From a virus, in IMG/VR virus record IMGVR_UViG_3300022932_000014, positions 29,638 to 93,637 of that record: a DNA stretch of 64,000 nucleotides. The stretch is one strand, 5' to 3'. The notes below the pieces were generated by a model that ran no database searches, had not been told where the DNA came from, and was given only the letters and a program-made list of their open reading frames with translations. Made by a program: the position numbers and the translations under genes. This document shows, one piece after another, positions 55,704-63,273 of the stretch; position 1 is the first letter of the stretch, and each line of letters starts with the position of its first letter.

Positions 55704-56369
55704 ATGAATCAATTTAAAAAAGCTCAGGTGGTAAAACTACCAACAAAGGAAAAATCAGACTTAGGTTTAACTTTTTTATACGGTGAGACGGTATTTGATC
55801 AGTATTCTCAGTGTTCATCAGAACTGCAATCAAGGTTTAGCAAATTCTTTAACTTATATATTATTTCAGATGATAAAATAGAGGATGGTGATTGGTATTT
55901 TGATGGTACAGATTTAATACATCAAAAAAGTCAGTATAATGATGGTTTAGTTGATGGAAATAGTGATGCTAAAAAAGTTATAGCTACAACAGATACTTCA
56001 TTAAAAGTAAAACAGTGGTTAGATTATGCTGATGATTCAGTAAATATTTCTTTACCTCAACCATCTCAACAATTTATTGAAAAATTTATTGAAGAGTATA
56101 ATAAAGGTAATGCGATTAAAAATGTTTTAGTTGGATATGAACAAGGTCTAAATAAGCCCTTGCATGAAGCTTTAAGAGATTCCTCTCCATTAGTTTTTGA
56201 GAGATTAAAAATTAATTCTAAAGACAACACTATTACAATTAAGGAATTAAAAGACAGTTGGAATAGAGAAGAGTTTATTCAATTACTCAAAGAATTTAGA
56301 AACGGTTTACTTCCAACGACTCAAGTAGAAATTGAGTATACTAACAAATGGATTGAAGAAAATTTATAA
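55704..56369 (+). CDS. Conserved Bacteroidota-phage hypothetical protein
   Basis: LYIISDDKIEDGDW...KKVIATTD...LPQPSQQFIEKFIEEYN pattern. Confidence 0.5.
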   Translation: MNQFKKAQVVKLPTKEKSDLGLTFLYGETVFDQYSQCSSELQSRFSKFFNLYIISDDKIEDGDWYFDGTDLIHQKSQYNDGLVDGNSDAKKVIATTDTSLKVKQWLDYADDSVNISLPQPSQQFIEKFIEEYNKGNAIKNVLVGYEQGLNKPLHEALRDSSPLVFERLKINSKDNTITIKELKDSWNREEFIQLLKEFRNGLLPTTQVEIEYTNKWIEENL

Positions 56370-56374
56370 TAACA

Positions 56375-56437
56375 GGCCAAGCACTTGGGTAAAGGGTGAG
56401 AAATAATATCATCAAGGTTCGACTCCTTGTTTGGCCG
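56375..56437 (+). tRNA. Degenerate tRNA-like element (no canonical anticodon arm)
   Basis: 7-bp acceptor GGCCAAG/TTTGGCC and perfect T-arm CAAGG-TTCGACT-CCTTG. Short D arm, abnormal anticodon loop, 63 nt. Confidence 0.55.
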
Positions 56438-56453
56438 CTAAAAAATAAAATAT

Positions 56454-57658
56454 ATGAATATTCCTCAAATAAATAAAACTTATAATTACTTTGATGATGG
56501 TAAAATATCGTTCAGTAGGTTAGAAGAAGTAGAAATAAAAGAGTTAATTCCTTTTAATAAAGCCAGTAAAAAACTTTTAAAAGAGTGGCAAAAAGAGGTT
56601 AAACAATGTGATTGGTTATACAGCGAACACACAGACTATTTTGTAAAAGGATACCTTAAAGACACTAAAGAGAATATAGTATTCGTTAGATGTAAGAGAA
56701 TAAACGGTTGGTTTAGTTTAGGTTGGAATGCAGGAAGATTAGATATTGATGGGAGTTTAATTAAAATTATATGTGATGGAAAATAAAGAAGAATTTAACA
56801 TAGATGAATACACAAGAAAAGTATTTGATTTAGAGTTTGATGAATCTCCTAATTCAGTTGATTTAAGAAGTTGCTGTAAGGGAGATCAATTAAAATGTAG
56901 AGATGGATCTATAATGTATTACAAACAACCCTTACCAAGTGAATACTTTTATGACCATGAAATTAGTTTTGATAAAGAAGGTAAACGATCAGCATCAAGA
57001 ACTCATTCGGGAAAGACATTAAAAGCTTCAAATAGTGATACAGATATAGTAGAAATAATAAGAAAATGACATACAATAAAAAATTAGTTTTAGATTCTAT
57101 CGAAGACTATAAATCAAAATCGGCGGAAAAAAAGATTAAAACAAAAGAATTTCTTGAAACTCACCTAAGAATACAAAAAGAAAACAGAGTAAAACAAGAC
57201 AAACCAACACAATTATTTCTAAGAACAATAAACATATATAACCTATGACAACTCTAAAAACCGCAAGAGAAAAATTTAAAAAAGGAGATAAATACTTCTC
57301 AGCAACAGGTAATCTACCAACTACAGAACTAATAGTAGAAGGTAAGATAAGATATGGACTAAATCAGTTAAAATCTATATTTTGTGACACAGGATGTCTT
57401 TACGATTATGATACGGATACTTATGCTAAAAAGATTTAGATGATGGATAAAAGAATTTTAAATGAAATAGCCAAAAGATGGTGTAAAGGTATACTAATGG
57501 CCAATGACTTAACAGATTCAGAAACAGCTGAGTTGCTAAGTGAAGAGGAGTTGGATTATTTACAACAGAGATCTTTTGAAATAGCTAACTCAATAACTAA
57601 AAAACCGCAAGCTTTAGATTTAAATACGCTAATTAAAGAATATTACGATTTCGAATAA
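56454..57658 (+). other. Five small hypothetical CDSs (56454-56786, 56773-57069, 57066-57248, 57245-57439, 57440-57658)
   Basis: Coupled ORFs. Confidence 0.55.
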
Positions 57659-57669
57659 ATTTAAAAGGT

Positions 57670-58290
57670 ATGAAGAAAATAATATTACATTTATGCGCTG
57701 ATTTAGGAAGTGATTCTTTATTTTATCAATTAGATTCCGACTATGAAGTTAGAATGATTGGCGAAGAAATAGGAGTTGAAAATTACAAAGGTTCTAATGA
57801 TATTTACGGTGTAATAGCTAACCCCGTTTGCAAAGAGCTCTCAACCGCCAATGGATTTCACAAAGAAAATGATGTGGAAAAAGGTATGATATTAGTGAAT
57901 CATTGTTTGAGAATAATATCAGAATGTAAAAATTTAAAATTCTGGCAATTGGAAAATCCTGCTAATGGCCGATTAAAAGAATTCTTAGGAAAACCAAAAT
58001 TAGTTTATCAGCCTTGGGAATACGGAAGCCCTTGGACAAAGAAAACAGCTCTATGGGGAGAATTTAATATCCCTGATAAAACTTATAGTAAGTGGGAAGA
58101 TGTACCTAAGAACGATAAAATATACGTAAGACCAGGTAGACCAAAACCAGCATTGGCTTTTCTTCACAAATCAGCTGTAAATTTGATTCCTGAGTTTGAG
58201 TGGGCGAAAGATAAGATTAAATGTGACGCAGACATAAGAAGTATGTGCTCACAAGGATTTGCAAAAGCATTTTATGAATTTAATAAATAG
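57670..58290 (+). CDS. Second orphan DNA cytosine-C5 methyltransferase-like protein
   Basis: IILHLCADLGS, ANPVCKELS (motif IV), QLENP (motif VI), KKTALWG, RSMCSQGFAKAFY. Confidence 0.7.
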   Translation: MKKIILHLCADLGSDSLFYQLDSDYEVRMIGEEIGVENYKGSNDIYGVIANPVCKELSTANGFHKENDVEKGMILVNHCLRIISECKNLKFWQLENPANGRLKEFLGKPKLVYQPWEYGSPWTKKTALWGEFNIPDKTYSKWEDVPKNDKIYVRPGRPKPALAFLHKSAVNLIPEFEWAKDKIKCDADIRSMCSQGFAKAFYEFNK

Positions 58291-58293
58291 AAT

Positions 58294-58767
58294 ATGAAAA
58301 CAGCAGGACAATTATTTTTAGAATGGTATAATAGTTATGTAAATAAAAACGGATGTAGTCCAAGTGATTATGATGTTAATTTTTATTGGTCAGGTGGTAA
58401 TTTAGAAACCGAAAAACAGCAAATTATTGATGCTTATCAAACATGTTGTAATTGCGAAGGAACGCCTTTTAATGGAGAAGATTATTTCAATGATACTTTT
58501 AACACAACAAACAAAGAAACTTTAAAATAAATTGGGATGATAACTAAAGATGAACTGTTACAAGAAATTAAAGAATGGCTTTCTGATAAAAAGCAAGAAG
58601 TTGAAGATTATTCAAATGAAGAAGCAATGCAATGGCAAGAAGATGCAGATCAACCAGAAAGTGAATTTTACAAAATATCAAAAATAGAATACGATAAAGT
58701 ATTGAAACATAAAGGCGATTGCGATACTTTAATTGAGGATTTAGAAGAATTTTTACATAATAAGTAA
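58294..58767 (+). other. Two hypothetical CDSs (58294-58530, 58537-58767)
   Basis: 78 and 76 aa. Confidence 0.55.
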
Positions 58768-58799
58768 CCAACCCACTAACACCAATAGACATAAAATTT

Positions 58800-59195
58800 A
58801 TGATTATGAAAAAAGGAATAATAGAATTTTCAGAAGAGTTGTTGGAAGAAGTTTTAGAAGGAACAAGTGCCTCAAACATTGTAGATAAATTAGAGAAATA
58901 CTTTAACCCTGTAAAAGACTCACATAAAAAACTAAGAGTATTACACTATCCACAAATACCATGTAAACCGTTTACAGTAGAAGTAAAAGACGAAGAACAA
59001 GCTTATTTAGTAAGTGAAGCTTTGGCCAATCAACACCTATTCCTTTTTGAAAATAACTTTATTCCCGATTATGCAAATATTATTTTAGTTCAGATGTTTG
59101 ATGATGGTGAATGGATTGATTATTATAATTATGAGCATGATATGGAATTTGATGAATATGCACAGAATTTTTTAAATTTAGCGGAAAAAGAATAA
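58800..59195 (+). CDS. P22 gp17-like protein (exclusion-override family)
   Basis: KLRVLHYPQIPCKPFTVEV...EALANQHLFLFENNFIPDYAN resembles, from memory, P22 gp17 KLRVWHIPQVPMKPFIVEV...DALADYD.FQYDNNIKPDYCN. Confidence 0.65.
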   Translation: MIMKKGIIEFSEELLEEVLEGTSASNIVDKLEKYFNPVKDSHKKLRVLHYPQIPCKPFTVEVKDEEQAYLVSEALANQHLFLFENNFIPDYANIILVQMFDDGEWIDYYNYEHDMEFDEYAQNFLNLAEKE

Positions 59196-59231
59196 AAACA
59201 AGGGAACAGTTGTTTATTAAAATAAAAACAT

Positions 59232-59239
59232 TATATTTG
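59232..59239 (+). promoter_or_regulatory. -7 element TATATTTG heading the DGR operon
   Basis: TAnnTTTG match 23 nt before a 46-aa ORF. Confidence 0.55.
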
Positions 59240-59262
59240 TAAAACAATACAAAGCGTAGCGT

Positions 59263-59403
59263 ATGAAAGTAATATACATGGGGACAACTCTCGGACTAAT
59301 ACACGAAATACATCCAGAAACAGCTCAACAAATATTAGCACAAGGAGAAGTGAAAGAAACAGAAGATAATATTAAATATGTTGTAATAAACGAAACATTA
59401 TGA
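59263..59403 (+). CDS. 46-aa ORF translationally coupled to DGR target 1 (below ORF-track cutoff)
   Basis: MKVIYMGTTLGLIHEIHPETAQQILAQGEVKETEDNIKYVVINETL. Its TGA overlaps the target ATG (ATGA). Confidence 0.55.
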   Translation: MKVIYMGTTLGLIHEIHPETAQQILAQGEVKETEDNIKYVVINETL

Positions 59404-59963
59404 AAACAGAAATAAAAAGATCAGAACTACAAAAGATTTGGGAAATTTCTTGTAATACTTGGAAAACAAAAATAAAAGATTATGGGAGTAAAGATCCATT
59501 CAGTGAAACAATAAAATTCACAGAGAAAGAAATTAATGAAATGATTAAGGCTTGTACAGATGTTCAATTGCCTGTGGTTAAAGAGATATTTGATGTTCGT
59601 GATAGCTGGGAATATATTAAAAGTTTTGAAGACGTAATAAAATATTTAGGAGAAGAAGACGAATATGTAATCGAATATAAAAAACTGATAAAAGCTAATA
59701 TAACTTCTAAATCTTTATCATTTCAAATGCTTATTTGTTGGGTTAAATCTCTTAATGAAAGACATGTATTAGATTGGTCAGACTCTAAGGAGTATAAATA
59801 CTGCATTTGGTGGTATATGAATCCTTTTCGTGTCGTCGGCGTGTGCCATGGCTGCGAGAGTTCGCGTGTCCCTTCCGCTCTTTGCTTCAAGAAACGTGAA
59901 ATTGCAATTTATGCCCACCAAAACAAAGAGTTTTTTAGTTTATATGAAAATTATATGAAATAG
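59400..59963 (+). CDS. DGR target protein 1 (187 aa, VR near C-terminus)
   Basis: VR encodes PFRVVGVCHGCESSRVPS. No signal peptide or TM. Confidence 0.9.
   Translation: MKTEIKRSELQKIWEISCNTWKTKIKDYGSKDPFSETIKFTEKEINEMIKACTDVQLPVVKEIFDVRDSWEYIKSFEDVIKYLGEEDEYVIEYKKLIKANITSKSLSFQMLICWVKSLNERHVLDWSDSKEYKYCIWWYMNPFRVVGVCHGCESSRVPSALCFKKREIAIYAHQNKEFFSLYENYMK
59823..59876 (+). repeat. Variable repeat VR1
   Basis: Against TR 60000-60053: 15 mismatches, all at TR adenines, and 36/36 non-A positions identical. Confidence 0.95.
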
Positions 59964-59999
59964 AAAAATAGGATGTATTTATCAATTGGTCATTCCTCT

Positions 60000-60053
60000 C
60001 CTTTTCGTATCAACAACGTGAACAATAACTACGAGAATTCGAATGTCCCATCC
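60000..60053 (+). repeat. Template repeat (TR), continuing into an IMH*-like 3' segment to about 60066
   Basis: cct ttt cgt atc aac aac gtg aac aat aac tac gag aat tcg aat gtc cca tcc. Intergenic, 7 AAY codons, 18 adenines. Confidence 0.95.
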
Positions 60054-60168
60054 ACCCTACTGCTTTTTAAATAATATAGAATATATCCCTACCAACAAGG
60101 TAAAAAATAAAACTAACGCTCGGCTCCCTAGTAAATAGATTGAACAGGAGCCTCTTGAAGCAAAATAA

Positions 60169-61101
60169 ATGAAGAGAAAAGGATTTTTATACGAGAGTAT
60201 AATTGAAATAAACAATTTAAAATTAGCAGATAAAAATGCCAGATTAGGTAAATTAAAACAATATGGTGTTCAAAAACATATATTAAGAGAAGATGAGAAT
60301 CTAAAAGAGTTGAATGAATTACTACAACATAGGAAATACAGAACATCTAATTATAGTAAATTTGAAATATTTGAGCCAAAGCACAGAGTAATAGCAAGAT
60401 TACCTTATTATCCAGATCGTATCATGCACTGGGCAATACTGTTAAAAACCAAAGAAATTTTTGTAAATAGTTTTATAAGTAATACGTACAGTGGTATTAA
60501 AGGTAGAGGTGTACATAAAGCCTCTTATGATTTAAGAAAATCCTTGCAAGACGAAGAATGTAATAAATACTGTCTGAAGTTGGATGTGAAAAAGTTCTAT
60601 GAAAATATAGATCATAATATATTAAAAGGACTTTTAAGAAAAAAGTTTAAGGATAGAGAATTGTTAACAGTCTTTGATGAAATAATAGATTCTAATGGGG
60701 TTGGGTTGCCTTTAGGATCGTTAATTAGTCAATATTTTGCAAATTTTTACTTATGTTACTTGGATCACTATATAAAAGAAAATTTAAATGTTAAGCATTA
60801 TTTTAGGTATATGGATGACCTTGTGATTTTATCGAATAACAAAAAGGAATTGCATTATATTTTATCTAAAATAAGATTATATCTAAAGACACTAGGACTT
60901 GAAATAAAAAATACATACCAAGTATTTCCGGTTGAAAAAAGAGGTATCGATTTTGTAGGTTATGTCCACAGAAAGAATTACATATTAATAAGAAAAAGTA
61001 TTAAAGAGAATTATAAAAAGAGTAAAAACAAAAAAGATTGGAATAGTTGGTTAATTCATTCCAATTCTGTAAATTTAAAAAACAAATATGAAAACAATTA
61101 A
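60169..61101 (+). CDS. Reverse transcriptase, DGR clade
   Basis: EPKHRVI..LPYYPDRIMHWAI, LKLDVKKFY, GLPLGSLISQ (DGR [LIV]GxxxSQ signature), YFRYMDD, GIDFVGY. Confidence 0.95.
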   Translation: MKRKGFLYESIIEINNLKLADKNARLGKLKQYGVQKHILREDENLKELNELLQHRKYRTSNYSKFEIFEPKHRVIARLPYYPDRIMHWAILLKTKEIFVNSFISNTYSGIKGRGVHKASYDLRKSLQDEECNKYCLKLDVKKFYENIDHNILKGLLRKKFKDRELLTVFDEIIDSNGVGLPLGSLISQYFANFYLCYLDHYIKENLNVKHYFRYMDDLVILSNNKKELHYILSKIRLYLKTLGLEIKNTYQVFPVEKRGIDFVGYVHRKNYILIRKSIKENYKKSKNKKDWNSWLIHSNSVNLKNKYENN

Positions 61102-61498
61102 CATTAATGGCTCAGAGTATACTGTAGAACAGTTGAGTAAAATTTTAGAAGAAGCTAAGAAAAAATCCCCAATGGATGAAGTTTATAAATACCATAACAC
61201 AACAGAGGATCAATTTGAAAAAGACTATTTTAATATTCCCTTGCATTTAAAGTATTATCAAAAAGAAGTAATGATAGTTGCTTTTTATAATAAAGGTTGG
61301 AAACCAAATATGAAAGATAAAAACGAGCGTAAATATTATAATTGGTACTATAATGATCCTTTTCGTTTCCACAGCGTGTTCGATCTCTACGTTTATTCGG
61401 ATGTCCCGTCCGCTCTTTTGCTTCAAAAAGAAGAGTACGGAAAAGAAATAGCTGAGAAATTTAAAAAAGAAATAGAGCAATCAAGATTAACAATGTAA
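61088..61498 (+). CDS. DGR target protein 2 (136 aa, VR near C-terminus)
   Basis: VR encodes PFRFHSVFDLYVYSDVPS. Overlaps the RT stop. The C-terminal domain is homologous to that of target 1. Confidence 0.9.
   Translation: MKTININGSEYTVEQLSKILEEAKKKSPMDEVYKYHNTTEDQFEKDYFNIPLHLKYYQKEVMIVAFYNKGWKPNMKDKNERKYYNWYYNDPFRFHSVFDLYVYSDVPSALLLQKEEYGKEIAEKFKKEIEQSRLTM
61358..61411 (+). repeat. Variable repeat VR2
   Basis: Against TR: 13 mismatches, 12 at TR adenines and one G-to-T (gag to gtt). Confidence 0.95.
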
Positions 61499-61513
61499 TT
61501 AAAATATAAAAAC

Positions 61514-62332
61514 ATGAAAAATAATATAATAGGTCAAGAGATTCTAATAACAGAAGTAAATAAAATATTCAGTATCTTTAAAGCATCTGAATGTAGTATA
61601 AGACCTCACTTTATTTTAACTGGAGCTAGTGGAAGTGGAAAATCTTTTACAATAGCTAATCTTACTAAGGAACACGATTTAGGTTTTTTAGAAATAAATG
61701 CTGCTCAACTTACTAAAGAAGGTACGTCTGGTAATTCTTTGTCAAAAGCATTGTCTCCATTAGGACAATTTGGAAACAAACCTACAATTGTATTTGTAGA
61801 TGAGTTTGATAAACTTTTTATTTCAGGTAATTCTAATGACAGTTCCGCCCATGAAACTACAACAGGAGTACAAAATGAATTTTTAAAAGTTTTAGAATCA
61901 GATACAGCCTCGGTTTTTGGAGATTATGGGAAATACGTGAATGTATCTATTAAAAATTGTTTATTTGTTTTTGCGGGGGCGTTTAATGGAGAAGAAGATA
62001 TTAGCTTAGACAGACTTCGCGAAATAGGTTTAAAAACAGAATTCTTAGGTAGAGTAGGCCTAGTTTATAATACAAAACCTCTAACACTGGAAGATTTATA
62101 TAACATAATTGATAATCATAAATTATTAAAAATGTACCTAAATTTGTTTGAGGAAGTAGATAGGGAAAAAGTTATTTATGAATTAAAATCTCATATAGCT
62201 AAGAATTATGAAATGAACACTTTAGGAGCTAGGCTAATAACCACATTAATACACCAATATTTTATTAAAGGCGGTAAACTTGATGATGCGGGTGTAAAAG
62301 AAGTAAGTTTTCAATCAAAATTAACATTATAA
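61514..62332 (+). CDS. ClpX/HslU-like AAA+ ATPase (no N-terminal Zn domain)
   Basis: GASGSGKS, NAAQLTKEG, VFVDEFDKL, GVQNEFLKVLE, FVFAGAF, EFLGRV, LGARLI. Confidence 0.8.
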   Translation: MKNNIIGQEILITEVNKIFSIFKASECSIRPHFILTGASGSGKSFTIANLTKEHDLGFLEINAAQLTKEGTSGNSLSKALSPLGQFGNKPTIVFVDEFDKLFISGNSNDSSAHETTTGVQNEFLKVLESDTASVFGDYGKYVNVSIKNCLFVFAGAFNGEEDISLDRLREIGLKTEFLGRVGLVYNTKPLTLEDLYNIIDNHKLLKMYLNLFEEVDREKVIYELKSHIAKNYEMNTLGARLITTLIHQYFIKGGKLDDAGVKEVSFQSKLTL

Positions 62333-62334
62333 AT

Positions 62335-63273
62335 ATGAATCAAACATTTAAAAGAATCAACGAAGAAAGAGTCTTATTCTTCGATTTAGAAGTTGCGAGA
62401 AAATCAAAGGAGTTAGAGGTAGACTCTAAAGAATTTGAACTATATCAAAAGAAAATCAGAAACAAAGAAACTGAGGAGTTATTACCAGATTTAGAAGTGG
62501 TAGAAGAGTATAGAAAAAAGGCCGCTTTAAAAATGTGCTACACAAAAATAGTTTCTATAGGTGTTGGTTTTATAAAGGGCGAAGAACTACATATCAAAGC
62601 ATTAGAAGGAACAGAAGAAGAACTTATAGAACAGTTTTGTAAAATAGCTAATAGTTTTGACTATGTTTGTGGGGTAAATATTTTAGGATATGACTTACCA
62701 ATAACTGTAAACAATGGAATGAAGTACTTTGATATGACGGAAATTCTTTCAGATCGTTTTATTACATCAGGGAAAAAGCCCTGGAATTTGGATAGAGTGT
62801 TGGATCTTATGGACATATTTAAGGGCACTCACTATTCTAACAGCTCTTTAGACGAATTATGTTTTCATTTCGGTATAGAGTCTCCAAAATCAGATTTAGA
62901 TGGCTCCAAAGTATCAGAAGAGTATTGGACTAATGGTGTTGTAAAAATAAACAAATATGTAAAACAAGATGTCTTAGCTAGTGTTAATTTATTTAAGAAA
63001 ATGCGTTTTGAAAAAGTATTTGAAGATTTTATTGATAAGAATGGCAATGATAATTTTGAAATTAAGAAAAATGCAATATCTAAACTATATGATAACAGCA
63101 ATTTTCCTAAAGAACTAAAAGAAGAGTTTATTAAGTCTTTAGTTAATTTAACAGATGAAGATAGAGAAAATTCTAAAAAGATAATCTTAGCTCACTATCA
63201 GAAAAAAGGAGATAAAGTTGCAATAAAAAAAGAAAAGGAAAAAGAAGTTAATGATTTTATAAATTCAATTTAA
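62335..63273 (+). CDS. PolB-type 3'-5' exonuclease-like protein
   Basis: FFDLE (ExoI), NILGYDLP (ExoII), YVKQDV (ExoIII). Confidence 0.8.
   Translation: MNQTFKRINEERVLFFDLEVARKSKELEVDSKEFELYQKKIRNKETEELLPDLEVVEEYRKKAALKMCYTKIVSIGVGFIKGEELHIKALEGTEEELIEQFCKIANSFDYVCGVNILGYDLPITVNNGMKYFDMTEILSDRFITSGKKPWNLDRVLDLMDIFKGTHYSNSSLDELCFHFGIESPKSDLDGSKVSEEYWTNGVVKINKYVKQDVLASVNLFKKMRFEKVFEDFIDKNGNDNFEIKKNAISKLYDNSNFPKELKEEFIKSLVNLTDEDRENSKKIILAHYQKKGDKVAIKKEKEKEVNDFINSI

Larger units (their letters stand above)
59400..61498 (+). mobile_element. Diversity-generating retroelement (target1-TR-RT-target2)
   Basis: One TR, two VRs with adenine-specific divergence, and a DGR-type RT. Confidence 0.95.

Noticed and set aside
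59899-59910. Palindrome AAATTGCAATTT after VR1 as the DGR target-recognition hairpin
   Set aside because: It is AT-rich, has no loop and has no counterpart after VR2, so it is not supportable as the canonical GC-rich hairpin.
2912-60346. Antisense ORFs in the track (e.g. 2912-3154, 6417-6626, 8180-8410, 9592-9936, 12869-13108, 22046-22402, 35273-35512, 39860-40261, 54796-55020, 60128-60346)
   Set aside because: They overlap longer motif-bearing genes on the opposite strand and have the F/L/S/I-rich composition of shadow frames.
60169-61101. RT as a group II intron, retron or Abi RT
   Set aside because: It has the LGxxxSQ signature and an adjacent TR/VR set with A-specific mismatches. No maturase domain or intron structure is seen.
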